Positions 27,653 through 38,479 of a DNA stretch of 49,190 bases are shown one piece after another. The notes below the pieces were generated by a model. It saw nothing but the letters and a program-made list of their open reading frames with translations, searched no databases and was not told where the DNA came from. Positions within the stretch are counted from its first letter, which is position 1. Every line of letters begins with the position of its first letter. A program made the translations under genes and the position numbers. The stretch comes from Dehalococcoidales bacterium. GTDB lineage: Bacteria; Chloroflexota; Dehalococcoidia; Dehalococcoidales; JAFGLR01. The stretch is from NCBI GenBank assembly GCA_016927955.1, contig JAFGLR010000027.1, forward strand, positions 1 through 49,190. Direction: 5' to 3'.

Positions 27653-28378
27653 CTACTTAGAAGGTGGCGGTGGAAGAGAAGCCATTTCCTTTTGCCATGC
27701 AGCAAGATAAGCTGAACTTATTCTCTTTTTCCGTACTTCCGGCCAATGCGGGTCCCAGCCCAGACCCAGGTCCTGACCGACAATAAATATAACGTATTCA
27801 GTCATTACCGGCTTTCGATGAATTATCGTAGTAATATTACAAATACGCTGCGGTGATTTACAATCGTGACACCGTCCATCAGCAGCACAAGGTATTTTTA
27901 ATCCCACTGTTCTGCCCAAGTTCATGCCGTGGTATGGGGCGATAACATTCTTTATCCTGTCGGTTGCTTCATCGACATTACTGACAATCTTATTCTGTCC
28001 GATAATGAGTATGACCTTCTTCGGTCCAAATACCATTTTAGCTACCCGGTTACCCACGCCGTCTACATTTACTAGTTTTCCGTCCAATGTAACCGCATTG
28101 CTGCTGCTTAAAAGTATATCGCCCTGTTCTCCAGAATTATTCGTTTCATAACCAGGGACCCCAATCACTTTAATTCCCCTTCCAGTAAGCATGTCCCTGA
28201 GTCCAATTTGCCGCAGAGTCATAGAGCCACCTATATCAACCTTTGCCTCAAAAGGTATAATATCGAGCACTGCTTTAACTACTGAGTCCGCATCTTTTAC
28301 AAACTCTACAATGTCAAAGTGATTCGCTTTTAACGATTTTACCACTGTATTTATATCTTGGTTAATTTTTACTGTCAT
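27653..28378 (-). CDS. LUD-domain (YkgG/LutC-like) protein
   Basis: Motifs GGSMTL, SSNAVTLDGKLVNVDG.GNRVA, G.NKIV and C...G.C.DC.SP.RIC. Start at MTVKIN behind a GGAG RBS. Confidence 0.85.
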   Translation of the reverse strand: MTVKINQDINTVVKSLKANHFDIVEFVKDADSVVKAVLDIIPFEAKVDIGGSMTLRQIGLRDMLTGRGIKVIGVPGYETNNSGEQGDILLSSSNAVTLDGKLVNVDGVGNRVAKMVFGPKKVILIIGQNKIVSNVDEATDRIKNVIAPYHGMNLGRTVGLKIPCAADGRCHDCKSPQRICNITTIIHRKPVMTEYVIFIVGQDLGLGWDPHWPEVRKKRISSAYLAAWQKEMASLPPPPSK

Positions 28379-28526
28379 TTCAATCTCCTTTAAAAACACA
28401 TCATCGTAGTTCCGTTAAAGTGTTATGAAGGTAAATCTCCTATGACTTTACTCTAAGATAATAAAGTAAAGGTGAACAAATTATACATGATAAATATAGA
28501 TGCTCAAGATTGGTTATTCTTATTGA

Positions 28527-29444
28527 TCACTTTAAATTCTGTCCGGTTAACCTATAAAAAGCCTGCTTATATCTTGCACTCGTACTTTCGATAACTTCCG
28601 ACGGTAGCTCTGGTGCGGGCGGTTCTTTGTTCCAGCCGGTTTGCGATAACCAATCTCTTACCGGCTGTTTATCATAGCTGTCCTGTGATTTACCTACCTG
28701 ATAGGTTTTCGTATCCCAGAATCGCGATGAATCAGGTGTCAGCAGTTCGTCGATTAGAACGAGGTTCTCTCTATCGTCTAACCCGAATTCCATTTTAGTA
28801 TCGGCAATAATAATACCTCTTTGTCGAGCGTATTCACGGGCAAATTTATAAATGGCAATACTTACCTCTTTTATTTGTGTAGCCATATTTTCACCAACCA
28901 GTTCAACTACTCCGTCCGGTGTGAGTGGCATATCATGACCGCTATCGGCTTTAGTCGTTGGGGTGAAAAGCGGTTCGACCAGTTCCTGACTTTCTTGCAG
29001 ACCTTTAGGCAGGTTTATACCGCAGGTTGCCCCCGAATTAAGATACTCGCTCCAGGCAGACCCGGCAATATAACCTCTAACAACGCATTCAATAGGCAGA
29101 CGTTTAGCTTTTTTAACAATCATGGAGCGTCCGGCCAGATATGGCGGATAATCAAACCTCTTCGGCGGCTGTAGATAGACATCAAGTTGTTTAATATTAG
29201 TGACCGTTTCAACCATATGGTTAGCAATAATATCGGAGGTCTGCTTGAACCAGAAAGCGGAAATTTGATTCAATACGGCACCTTTATCCGGTATGCCGTT
29301 CGGCAAAATAACATCAAAAGCAGAGATGCGGTCGGTAGCGACAATTAATAGATAGTTGTTCAAATTATAGGTGTCACGTACTTTGCCCTTAATAAAAAGC
29401 GGGAGCTGTAATTCGGTTTCGGTAACGATGGTACTCTTTAGCAT
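28527..29444 (-). CDS. purC: SAICAR synthase
   Basis: Motifs GKVRD, TDRISAFD, DTKMEFG and DELLTPDSSRFW. Confidence 0.97.
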   Translation of the reverse strand: MLKSTIVTETELQLPLFIKGKVRDTYNLNNYLLIVATDRISAFDVILPNGIPDKGAVLNQISAFWFKQTSDIIANHMVETVTNIKQLDVYLQPPKRFDYPPYLAGRSMIVKKAKRLPIECVVRGYIAGSAWSEYLNSGATCGINLPKGLQESQELVEPLFTPTTKADSGHDMPLTPDGVVELVGENMATQIKEVSIAIYKFAREYARQRGIIIADTKMEFGLDDRENLVLIDELLTPDSSRFWDTKTYQVGKSQDSYDKQPVRDWLSQTGWNKEPPAPELPSEVIESTSARYKQAFYRLTGQNLK

Positions 29445-29521
29445 ATGATTCCTTTATAATAATTATTCGTAATAATTTATCTAAGAGAATATAGTTGCCG
29501 CACTGGTGATATGGATAAATA

Positions 29522-30871
29522 TTAGATTGACCTTGGCGCCAGTCCGCCGGTTTCAATCAGTTCGGATTGCCACTGTATTTCGGTTAACCCCAACCGCTTG
29601 AATATTTCATCGACGAAACGGGTATAATATTTCTCGTCAAAAAGGGATTTGATATCTTCCGGCGGTAAAACAGCCTTAACTGCGGCATCGGCTTTGAGTA
29701 GGGTCATAAAATTACTCTTACCCTTCCAGGCTTTCATGGCGTTTCGTTGCACGAGTTTATAGGCATCTTGCCGGCTCAGTCCTTTTTCGATCAAAGCCAG
29801 CATCACTCGTTGTGAAAAGATTAGTCCTTTTGTCAGCATAAGATTATTGTTCATCTGTTTCACATTGACCGTTAAGTTACTCATCACAGAAGTGAATAAG
29901 CTCACGATATAGTCCAGAGCCAGACAGGAATCGGGTAAAATTATACGTTCCGAGGATGAATGGGAGATATCCCTTTCATGCCACAAGGCCATGTTTTCCA
30001 TTGCGGTTACTGCATGACCGCGTATTAGTCTGGCTAAACCACAGACCCGTTCGCTGAGTTCCGGATTCCGCTTATGAGGCATCGCCGATGAGCCGGTTTG
30101 TCCGGCACTGAATGGTTCTTCTGCTTCGCGTACCTCGGTTTTTTGTAGGGCCCTTATCTCCGTAGCAAATTTCTCCAGGGAACCGGCGATTATTGCCAAA
30201 GTAGTTACGAACTGAGCATGCCGGTCACGCTGTAAAACCTGATTGGAAACCGGAGCCGGTTGAAGACCGAGTTTGCTGCAAGCAATTTCTTCTAACTGCG
30301 GTGATAGTGTGGCGTAAGTTCCGACCGCACCGGAAATCTTACCGACAGATATTGTATTTTTAGCGTCCAGAAGCCGTTGGTGGTTACGCCGCATTTCTTC
30401 GACCCAATTAGCCAGTTTTAATCCGAAGGTTATAGGTTCGGCATGGACACCATGCGTTCGGCCTATCATGACCGTATATTTATATTTGATAGCCATACGT
30501 CCGAGTACGGTAATGAGGTCTTTTATATCTTGAAGTAATATATCACTGGCTTCCATAAGTTGCAGGCTGAGTGCAGTATCCATTACGTCTGAAGATGTCA
30601 TCCCGAGGTGGATATATCTTGAATCCTCACCCACGCTTTCTGCCACAGCACCCAGGAAGGCGGTCATATCATGGTGAGTTTCCTGGAGAATTTCTTCCAT
30701 CCGCTGAAGGTTACACTGGGCCAATTTGATTTTCGTCATCGATTTTTTGGGGATAACACCAAGCTCTGCCCATGCATTACATACAGCAATTTCTACGTCG
30801 AGCCATTTATTGAACTTGTTTTCGTCGGCCCAGACCCGGGCCATTCCGGGACGGCTATATCGTCCAATCAT
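29522..30871 (-). CDS. purB: Adenylosuccinate lyase
   Basis: Motifs GRTHG, GSSAMPHKRNP and HERDISHS. Confidence 0.97.
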   Translation of the reverse strand: MIGRYSRPGMARVWADENKFNKWLDVEIAVCNAWAELGVIPKKSMTKIKLAQCNLQRMEEILQETHHDMTAFLGAVAESVGEDSRYIHLGMTSSDVMDTALSLQLMEASDILLQDIKDLITVLGRMAIKYKYTVMIGRTHGVHAEPITFGLKLANWVEEMRRNHQRLLDAKNTISVGKISGAVGTYATLSPQLEEIACSKLGLQPAPVSNQVLQRDRHAQFVTTLAIIAGSLEKFATEIRALQKTEVREAEEPFSAGQTGSSAMPHKRNPELSERVCGLARLIRGHAVTAMENMALWHERDISHSSSERIILPDSCLALDYIVSLFTSVMSNLTVNVKQMNNNLMLTKGLIFSQRVMLALIEKGLSRQDAYKLVQRNAMKAWKGKSNFMTLLKADAAVKAVLPPEDIKSLFDEKYYTRFVDEIFKRLGLTEIQWQSELIETGGLAPRSI

Positions 30872-31332
30872 TTGCTTTCCCCCTGCAGGCTCCGGCGATA
30901 GTTTTCGTAAGCCTTACGTATTATAGGATATTTGATACCCAGTATTTCTGCTGCCAGAAAGGCAGCGTTTTTTACACCGGCACTACCAACGGCCACACAG
31001 GCTACCGGTATACCTGCCGGCATTTGTACGATGGAATAAAGGGCATCAACACCCTTTAAATCGCTGCTGGCTAGGGGTACTCCGATAACCGGCAATGTTG
31101 TCCAGCTTGCGATGACTCCTGGTAAATGTGCCGCTCCTCCTGCTGCCGCAATAATAACTTCGATATCCCGTTTCCTCGCACCCTGGGCAAATTCTCTAAC
31201 CTTATCCGGGTTCCGGTGTGCTGAGATAATTTGAACTTCAAAATCTATCCTTAGCTGCTTAAACAATTCCAGCATTGGCTGGACGGTCTCAGAATCTGAT
31301 TTGGACCCCATTACCACGGCGATTAACGGCAT
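30868..31332 (-). CDS. purE: N5-CAIR mutase
   Basis: Motifs MGSKSD, SAHR, AAHLPG and SIVQMP. Confidence 0.97.
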   Translation of the reverse strand: MPLIAVVMGSKSDSETVQPMLELFKQLRIDFEVQIISAHRNPDKVREFAQGARKRDIEVIIAAAGGAAHLPGVIASWTTLPVIGVPLASSDLKGVDALYSIVQMPAGIPVACVAVGSAGVKNAAFLAAEILGIKYPIIRKAYENYRRSLQGESK

Positions 31333-31402
31333 CTTTTCTACACCTCGTGAATATTTAATAAAAATAGTACCTAAAACACTAATAGAAATATGAGCTTGAG
31401 TC

Positions 31403-32668
31403 TCAATCCTCTTTTATTAAAGCAATATCTTTACGGTAATGGCAACCCTCAAAGTTAATCAACGAAATGTTATTATAGACTTTTTCTCTTGCTTCAGCAA
31501 TACTTTTCCCTGAAGCTGTTACTACCAGTACCCGGCCGCCGCTAGTTACTACTTTACCCGAAGCGTCTAATTTGGTTCCGGCGTGGAAAACAGTAATATC
31601 ATTAGCCAAGCGGTTTAGACCATTAATCGGCAATCCGGTCTTATACGTACCCGGATAACCGCCTGAGGCCATTACAACGCCAACACAGGGATTATCACTC
31701 CATTCGATTTTCAAATCGAATAAGCGGTTATTAATAACCGCGAGCATAATTTCGACGAGGTCGGTTTTCAGCCGGGGCAATATTACCTCCGTCTCCGGGT
31801 CGCCAAAGCGGGCATTGAACTCCAGCACTTTGGGCTGGTTATTATCAACCATGAGACCGCCGTAAAGAACACTTTTATAAGGCCGTCCTTCTTTATCCAA
31901 TGCTTTAACAGTAGGTGCCATTATGGTGTCCTGGATTGTTTTAGCCAGCGCCGGAGTGTAAAAATAGGACGGGCTGTAGCTGCCCATTCCTCCTGTGTTC
32001 GGTCCCCGACCACCTTCGAAAACTGTCTTGTAATCACAAGCTGGAACCATCGGTACGATAGTATTCCCATCGGTAAAAGCGAAGGTACTAATTTCTTTAC
32101 CGTCTAAAAACTCTTCAACGATAATTTTATTCCCGGCAGCTCCCAATGTCCGTTTATCCATAAAATCATTAAGTGCTGCCATGGCTTCATCAATGGTTCT
32201 GGCGACAACCACACCCTTTCCGGCGGCTAACCCATCAGCCTTAATTACTACAGGTGGGTGTTGCGTTTCAAGGTATTTCTTAGCTTCGACATAATTAGAA
32301 AAGCTAACGCTCTTCGCACAGGGGATACCGTACTTTTGCATAAGGTTTTTCGAAAAGACCTTGCTGGATTCGATTTCCGCCGCAAGTTTATTCGGACCGA
32401 AAATCGGAATACTCGCTGCCTGAAATTTATCTACAATCCCCTGAGAGAGCGGGCCTTCCGGACCCACTACTACCATATCGATATTCTTAGTCCGGGCAAA
32501 TTTTAATAAGCCGTCGATATCCGTAGCGTTGAAGTTGATGTTTTGAGCTATCTTTGCCGTACCGGCATTACCGGGAGCAACAAAAATCTCTTTGGCTTTG
32601 GAACTTTGGACAATTTTCCATGTGAGAGCGTGTTCTCGTCCGCCGCCACCGATAACTAATATTTTCAT
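31403..32668 (-). CDS. purD: Phosphoribosylamine-glycine ligase
   Basis: Motifs GGGGREHA, KADGLAAGKGV, NTGGMG and RFGDPE. Confidence 0.97.
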   Translation of the reverse strand: MKILVIGGGGREHALTWKIVQSSKAKEIFVAPGNAGTAKIAQNINFNATDIDGLLKFARTKNIDMVVVGPEGPLSQGIVDKFQAASIPIFGPNKLAAEIESSKVFSKNLMQKYGIPCAKSVSFSNYVEAKKYLETQHPPVVIKADGLAAGKGVVVARTIDEAMAALNDFMDKRTLGAAGNKIIVEEFLDGKEISTFAFTDGNTIVPMVPACDYKTVFEGGRGPNTGGMGSYSPSYFYTPALAKTIQDTIMAPTVKALDKEGRPYKSVLYGGLMVDNNQPKVLEFNARFGDPETEVILPRLKTDLVEIMLAVINNRLFDLKIEWSDNPCVGVVMASGGYPGTYKTGLPINGLNRLANDITVFHAGTKLDASGKVVTSGGRVLVVTASGKSIAEAREKVYNNISLINFEGCHYRKDIALIKED

Positions 32669-32813
32669 TACTTTACTCCCGCATTACAATTCAAATCTAT
32701 TAACCTGTTGAACAGAGGTTCCCCCTTGTGGTTATGTAGTGTAATGAAAAAACGAGAATAACTAAGCAGGTAATGTTCTTGGTTTTAACCCACTTAATGC
32801 TCCTGGCCGTTGA

Positions 32814-34499
32814 TTATTCCCATTCTATAGTAGCCGGTGGCTTAGATGTAATATCATATACCACACGATTGACACTCGTGACTTCATTCACGATACGGTT
32901 GGAAATGTGTGCCAGTAAATCGTAAGGTAATCTAGCCCAATCGGCGGTCATGGCATCTTCACTGGTAACGGCTCTGACGGCAACCATATAGCCGTAGGTA
33001 CGAAAATCGCCCATAACTCCGACCGAGTGAACATCAGTCAATACCGCAAAAGTCTGCCATAGGTTGCGGTAGAGTTTGGCTTTCTTAATTTCATTCATAA
33101 CGATGTAATCGGCTGAGCGAAGTATCTCCAGCCGTTCTCGGGTTACCTCCCCGATAATGCGTATAGCCAGGCCCGGCCCGGGGAATGGTTGTCGCCAGAC
33201 CATTTCTTCGGGCATATTAAGAGCGAGGCCTACATTTCTTACTTCGTCTTTAAATAGGAAACGTAGCGGCTCAATAAGTTTTAGCATCATATTTGCCGGT
33301 AGCCCACCGACATTGTGGTGGGTCTTAATTTTTGCGGCAGCTTTACTGGCGGAAACGGCACTCTCAATAACATCAGGATAGAGAGTACCCTGGGCAAGGT
33401 AATCTACCTTGCCGATTTTTTGAGCTTCTTCTTCGAAGACATGAATGAATTCTCCTCCAATAGCTTTTCGCTTTTGTTCGGGGTCAATGACACCTTTGAG
33501 ACACTCTAAAAATCTCTCGGTAGCGTCGGCGTATCTGATATTCATCCCCATGTTCAAGCGGAAAGTGTTGAAGGTTCTTTCGACTTCCTCTCTCCGTAAC
33601 AGACCGTTATTAACGAAAATACAGGTCAACTGGTTCCCAATCGCCCGGTGGATTAATGTAGCCGCAACGGCTGAATCAACACCGCCGGATAGGGCCATGA
33701 TAACTTTACCGCCGCCAACCTCTTTTTTAATGCGGTAAATGGCATCCGTAATGAAATTACCAACTGTCCAGTTTCCTTTGCAGCCGCAAACCTTATAAAT
33801 AAAATTCTTAATAATATCTTTACCTGCGGTAGTATGTACAACTTCCGGGTGGAACTGCAATCCGAAGATGCCTGTATCATTGCCTATTACGGCAATCGGT
33901 GAGTTTTCCGTGTAGGCCAGAGAATGGAATCCCGGAGGCATAGTTTCTATTTTATCGCCGTGGCTCATCCAGACTGTATTATCCGATGTTATATTTGCAA
34001 ATAGCGGCGACTCCGGGTCACTGGTATGGAGTATGGCATGGCCGTATTCACGGGTTTTACCCCGGGCGACTCGACCGCCGAGTTGATGAGCTAAAAGTTG
34101 CATACCATAGCAAATACCAAGTATGGGTAACTTCTTCTCAAAAATATATGAAGGCGCAAGCGGTGCATCTTTATCATAGACACTAGCCGGGCCGCCGGAG
34201 AGTATGAAGCCTTTCGGATTTAACGATTCGATTTTTTCCCAAGGTGTATCGTAAGGTAACAGTTCGCAGTATACGTTACATTCACGTACCCGCCGTGTAA
34301 TCAGCATACTATATTGAGAACCGAAATCCAGAACAACAATGGATTCATTTTCGAGTGCCGGGGTAGGCTCTTTAGCGGGGACCGGCTGTTGGCCGGACAT
34401 CTCTTTAGCGATTTCTAAATATGTGGATACTTCGATGTCTCCACTGGTCGCTATACGATGGCTGGTATCAGGGTTGGGCTTAGTTTCATTATCGCTCAT
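32814..34499 (-). CDS. guaA: GMP synthase (glutamine-hydrolysing) with N-terminal extension
   Basis: Motifs LDFGSQY, GICYGMQ, SGGVDS and KPPATIEWE. Confidence 0.97.
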   Translation of the reverse strand: MSDNETKPNPDTSHRIATSGDIEVSTYLEIAKEMSGQQPVPAKEPTPALENESIVVLDFGSQYSMLITRRVRECNVYCELLPYDTPWEKIESLNPKGFILSGGPASVYDKDAPLAPSYIFEKKLPILGICYGMQLLAHQLGGRVARGKTREYGHAILHTSDPESPLFANITSDNTVWMSHGDKIETMPPGFHSLAYTENSPIAVIGNDTGIFGLQFHPEVVHTTAGKDIIKNFIYKVCGCKGNWTVGNFITDAIYRIKKEVGGGKVIMALSGGVDSAVAATLIHRAIGNQLTCIFVNNGLLRREEVERTFNTFRLNMGMNIRYADATERFLECLKGVIDPEQKRKAIGGEFIHVFEEEAQKIGKVDYLAQGTLYPDVIESAVSASKAAAKIKTHHNVGGLPANMMLKLIEPLRFLFKDEVRNVGLALNMPEEMVWRQPFPGPGLAIRIIGEVTRERLEILRSADYIVMNEIKKAKLYRNLWQTFAVLTDVHSVGVMGDFRTYGYMVAVRAVTSEDAMTADWARLPYDLLAHISNRIVNEVTSVNRVVYDITSKPPATIEWE

Positions 34500-34619
34500 A
34501 TTGCTTGTAATAAAAGCTTATCACTATGCTATACTGACGTCAAGGTAAATATACTTAAAATCGGGTAATATTTTATAGTCGTCTGGATAATAATTGTTAT
34601 GTTGTCAAAGGATTAATAT

Positions 34620-35246
34620 ATGTTCGAGGAAATTGCGGAACCTTTAAAAAAACAAATCGATGACGGCATTAAAATTCTAAAGCAGGGCGGTATAGTAGCC
34701 TTTCCAACCGATACCGTTTATTGCCTTGGAGCATCTATATTTGATGTTAATGCTGTGCGAAGAGTTTTTGAGGTAAAACAAAGGCCGTTTAATATGGCTT
34801 TACCCGTGATAATGACTAACGTCGCACAAATTAATGATGTCGGTATTTCATTACCTGATAATGCCCTGCGTCTGGCACAAAAATTCTGGCCCGGTGCTTT
34901 AACACTTGTCATATATAAATCAAACAAGGTGTCTGATATAGTTACGGCGAAGAAAAATACGATTGCCGTACGGATACCCGCTCATCAGATACCAATAGCT
35001 CTGATTAACGGGTTGGGAGTCCCTACTACCGGAACCAGCGCTAATGTTCATGAGAAACCCAGTCCGGTTACTGCGGCAGAAGTGCGGTCCCAGTTAGGCG
35101 ACAAGGTGGACTTGATTATAGATGGTGGACAGTGTCCCGGTGGCGAAGCGTCTACAATTGTTGATATGACCGGAGAACAGCCGGTTATTTTACGTGAAGG
35201 TCCTATTCCTTTTCACGAAATTATGCGATTTTATAAAATGATATAA
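34620..35246 (+). CDS. tsaC: Threonylcarbamoyl-AMP synthase (TsaC/YrdC)
   Basis: Motifs AFPTDTVY, K.RP, WPGALT, TSAN and STIVD. Confidence 0.93.
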   Translation: MFEEIAEPLKKQIDDGIKILKQGGIVAFPTDTVYCLGASIFDVNAVRRVFEVKQRPFNMALPVIMTNVAQINDVGISLPDNALRLAQKFWPGALTLVIYKSNKVSDIVTAKKNTIAVRIPAHQIPIALINGLGVPTTGTSANVHEKPSPVTAAEVRSQLGDKVDLIIDGGQCPGGEASTIVDMTGEQPVILREGPIPFHEIMRFYKMI

Positions 35247-35258
35247 TACTCCCGGAGG

Positions 35259-35705
35259 ATGTTTATGCGTATCGCCATCGGTAATGACCATCGTGGTTTT
35301 GAATTTAAAAAGAAGGTAATAAATATACTTACCGAGTTAGGTTATGAATATCAGGATTTCGGCAGTTATGATACTAAATCGGTAGATTATCCGGATATAG
35401 CCAGAAAGGTCGGGGAGGCCGTAGCGAGCGGTAAATACGACAGGGGTATTTTGATTTGTGATACCGGTATCGGAATGAGTATTGCCGCTAATAAAGTTAA
35501 AGGCATCCGGGCTGCTTTATGTTACGATGCATTTTGTGCTACCAGAGCACGTTTACATAACGATGCCAACGTACTAGCTCTTGCAGCCAGACTAAGCGAA
35601 AAAACAGTACGGGAAATACTAAATAATTTCTTAACGACTGGTTTTGAAGGCGGACGGCATATAAAACGAATAAATAAAATTGAGACAATAGAAGGACAAG
35701 GTTGA
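35259..35705 (+). CDS. rpiB: Ribose-5-phosphate isomerase B
   Basis: Motifs DHRG, VDYPD, C.TGIGMSIAANK, HNDAN and FEGGRH. Confidence 0.95.
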   Translation: MFMRIAIGNDHRGFEFKKKVINILTELGYEYQDFGSYDTKSVDYPDIARKVGEAVASGKYDRGILICDTGIGMSIAANKVKGIRAALCYDAFCATRARLHNDANVLALAARLSEKTVREILNNFLTTGFEGGRHIKRINKIETIEGQG

Positions 35706-35748
35706 CAATTTAATCCAGGATGTGAGAATTAAGATTAACCTTGATTCC

Positions 35749-36195
35749 TCATACTAAATCAAAGTTAAGTGCTTTAGTAGGGCAGGCCTCACTGCAAATT
35801 GGGTTTTTACCGACTGCCAAGCGGTCAACGCACATGTCGCAAATCTGCATAATACCGGCGGCGTTAAACTGCGGAATACCTATGGGACATACATCCATGC
35901 AAGTTCGGCACCCGGTACACTTATTACTGTCGACGGTAACTATTCCGTCTTCTTCTCTTTTGGTAATGGCATTCTCCGGACAAGCGTCAAGGCAAGGGGC
36001 ATCAGAGCAATGGAGACAGGATACAGAATGGAATATTCTCAACACATTAGGGAAAGTACCACGGACTTCCTCGGAAACACGGCGTAGTTTTATAGTTCCG
36101 GCTGGAATGCCGTGCCACTGCTGGCAAGCAATTTCACAGGCGTAACACTTGGTACACCGAAAACTATTATGCCGGAATATGTATCTTTTACCCAT
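35749..36195 (-). CDS. DmsB-like 4Fe-4S dicluster subunit
   Basis: Motifs CTKCYACEIAC, CLHCSDAPC, CTGCRTCMDVCP and CDMC...C..ACP. Confidence 0.9.
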   Translation of the reverse strand: MGKRYIFRHNSFRCTKCYACEIACQQWHGIPAGTIKLRRVSEEVRGTFPNVLRIFHSVSCLHCSDAPCLDACPENAITKREEDGIVTVDSNKCTGCRTCMDVCPIGIPQFNAAGIMQICDMCVDRLAVGKNPICSEACPTKALNFDLV

Positions 36196-36197
36196 GC

Positions 36198-38429
36198 TCA
36201 ATCTTTCTCGCACCTGCATATCTTTACCAGAGTTTGTTTTGCCATTTGTGAAAAGAACTTATCAAATAATTTCTCGTCGGTATTATATAAGTTATTAACT
36301 TCGCTGCCGCCGTTGAATATTGAATATCCCGGTAAACCAAGCTCATTACAGGGTTGGTTCCAGCCGCGCTTGGTCATTAAAACCTCCGGTGAGATTCCTT
36401 CGAAATATTCCGCTTTAAATTTACACCAGCCGTAAAGCGATTCGACTTTTACCCAATCCCCGTTTGCGATACCGTACTTCTTTGCCGTTGCCGGGTTTAT
36501 CTTAATCCAGGGGTATGGTTGTAATTCCCTGAGGTAAGGAACATTATGCATAAAGCTGTGATGAGACAAACGATGAGCATGGACGTCACTCAGTATCAGG
36601 GGATACTCCTTAACCAATTCCGGTGTTTCAACGATGCCCTCCGGCGGCCCTTTATATACGGGAAGGTAAGGTAATTTACCGGTGCCTTCATTGTTCTCTT
36701 TACCACCGAGGTATTCATTGTAACACTGTACTTTACAATAAGGCAGGTTTTTAAAGATAGTAGAATATTTCCGGTAGGAGGGTGGTGATGACGGTTCCTT
36801 GCGTTTAATCAATATTCCGTTTGGATTCTGCCTCAATTGCTCGGCAGTTATGCCGAAACCAGCCAGTTGTTCGTTTAAATAGGTTTCTGCATTGCCATGC
36901 CAGAAATACTCCCCGTAACCCATTTTCACGGCTAAATCAAGGTAAATCTGCCAGTCAGACCTTGATTCTTCGAGCGGTTCGACAACCTTGTTAAAAATAC
37001 CTACCCAGGAACCCTCATCGGTTCTTTTTATACCGAAATAATTACTCTGTTCGTAAACAGTACAGGAAGGTAAGACAATATCCGCGAAGTTTAAATGTGG
37101 CGCCCAAAACGTATCGGCAGCAAACATGAAGTCGACTTTCTTTAAAGCTTCAGCCACTTTTCTAGGATTACGGGTCGCAGAGAGTGGGTTAGTATTGGTG
37201 GAGTTCAATATCCGTAAGGGGTAAGGTTTACCGGTTAAGATACTCATCAATCCCTTGTAGTAGGCACTTGTAGGACCGGTTTCCCACTTATCTTTTGTCT
37301 GATACCACTTGGGACTTTCAGGTGCAACCAGTTTATCCAGCATATTTGGAGGAGCCATCTCTTCAAGATTGTTGCCATGCATAGGGAATATTGTATGGGA
37401 TTTGAAGACATGTCCCCCGGGGATATCGATATTGCCGGTAATAGCCGCAATAAGGTAAATTGCCGATGTTGTTGAACTGCCGTCTATAGTCTGGTCACCG
37501 ATACCGTTTCCTGTCTTGATAAAGGCAGGTTTTGTGTTAGCAATTAAATTAGCAGCTTCTTTGATACGGTCGGACGGAATGCCGGTTTTTTCTGCAGCCC
37601 ATTCCGGCGGGAATTTATGAACGTGTTCGGCTAACTTATCAAAACCATAACACCAATCGTTCACAAAACTTGTGTCATATAACTTTTCTTCTATAATCAC
37701 GTTTAAAAAGGCTAATGCCAGGGCACAATCGGTGCCGGGGCGAATTGGTAACCACATGTCGGCTTTTGCTCCTAATGGGTCTAACATGGGACGGATATCG
37801 ATTAATTTAGTCCCATTACTGAGCGCATCAATAATAGCATTAAGTTGACCGGTATTTACGCCGGAGTTTTCTGCATTAGATCCCCAGTTAACAATCAATT
37901 TAGTTTTCAACCAGTCATCCGGAGCCATGGGGAGAAATCCGATGGTTGACCTAGCAGCGGCTTCATGTGGCGTGAAGCAGATGGCACTGTGTAAGAAATT
38001 CGGACTGCCGTAAATATTTAATAACCGACGTCCAAGTGAATTTAATACCGGTGAGAATTCCGGCGATAAAACTCCATAGGCTTCCGGCCCGTATTTAGCT
38101 TTCGTTTCCTTTAGCTGATTTGCGATAGTATCCAGGGCTTCATCCCAGCTAATCCGCTGAAATTTGCCTTCTCCCTTTTCACCAGCTCTTTTTAGGGGGT
38201 ATTTAAGACGGTCAGAGCTATAAACGTACTGGGGACCGGTGTAACCTTTGGCACAAAGTGAAGTACATCCTTTGCCCCAGTTATTAAAAGCGTGCGGATT
38301 ACCTTCGACGCGGACAAACCTGCCGTTCTCAACATAACACAAAACGCCGCAGTTCGTTTTGTACGAACCACAGCCGTGGCAAAAAGTCGGTATAATTTTT
38401 TGTTCTAAACCTTGTTTCGCTCTTTCCAC
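36198..38429 (-). CDS. Molybdopterin (DMSO reductase family) oxidoreductase catalytic subunit
   Basis: N-terminal CHGC-x6-C...CAKG. Also DRLKYPLKR, ISWDEALD, RPGTD and a C-terminal INP.TA...GI..GD.V domain. Confidence 0.92.
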   Translation of the reverse strand: MERAKQGLEQKIIPTFCHGCGSYKTNCGVLCYVENGRFVRVEGNPHAFNNWGKGCTSLCAKGYTGPQYVYSSDRLKYPLKRAGEKGEGKFQRISWDEALDTIANQLKETKAKYGPEAYGVLSPEFSPVLNSLGRRLLNIYGSPNFLHSAICFTPHEAAARSTIGFLPMAPDDWLKTKLIVNWGSNAENSGVNTGQLNAIIDALSNGTKLIDIRPMLDPLGAKADMWLPIRPGTDCALALAFLNVIIEEKLYDTSFVNDWCYGFDKLAEHVHKFPPEWAAEKTGIPSDRIKEAANLIANTKPAFIKTGNGIGDQTIDGSSTTSAIYLIAAITGNIDIPGGHVFKSHTIFPMHGNNLEEMAPPNMLDKLVAPESPKWYQTKDKWETGPTSAYYKGLMSILTGKPYPLRILNSTNTNPLSATRNPRKVAEALKKVDFMFAADTFWAPHLNFADIVLPSCTVYEQSNYFGIKRTDEGSWVGIFNKVVEPLEESRSDWQIYLDLAVKMGYGEYFWHGNAETYLNEQLAGFGITAEQLRQNPNGILIKRKEPSSPPSYRKYSTIFKNLPYCKVQCYNEYLGGKENNEGTGKLPYLPVYKGPPEGIVETPELVKEYPLILSDVHAHRLSHHSFMHNVPYLRELQPYPWIKINPATAKKYGIANGDWVKVESLYGWCKFKAEYFEGISPEVLMTKRGWNQPCNELGLPGYSIFNGGSEVNNLYNTDEKLFDKFFSQMAKQTLVKICRCEKD

Positions 38430-38479
38430 TGTATCACCATTCAGAAATGTTTTAATAATACCATAATTTATTACTTTGC

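Noticed and set aside
36198-38429. Acetylene hydratase or formate dehydrogenase assignment
   Set aside because: It lacks the Asp after the second cluster Cys that acetylene hydratase needs, and lacks the Cys/Sec-His motif of formate dehydrogenase.
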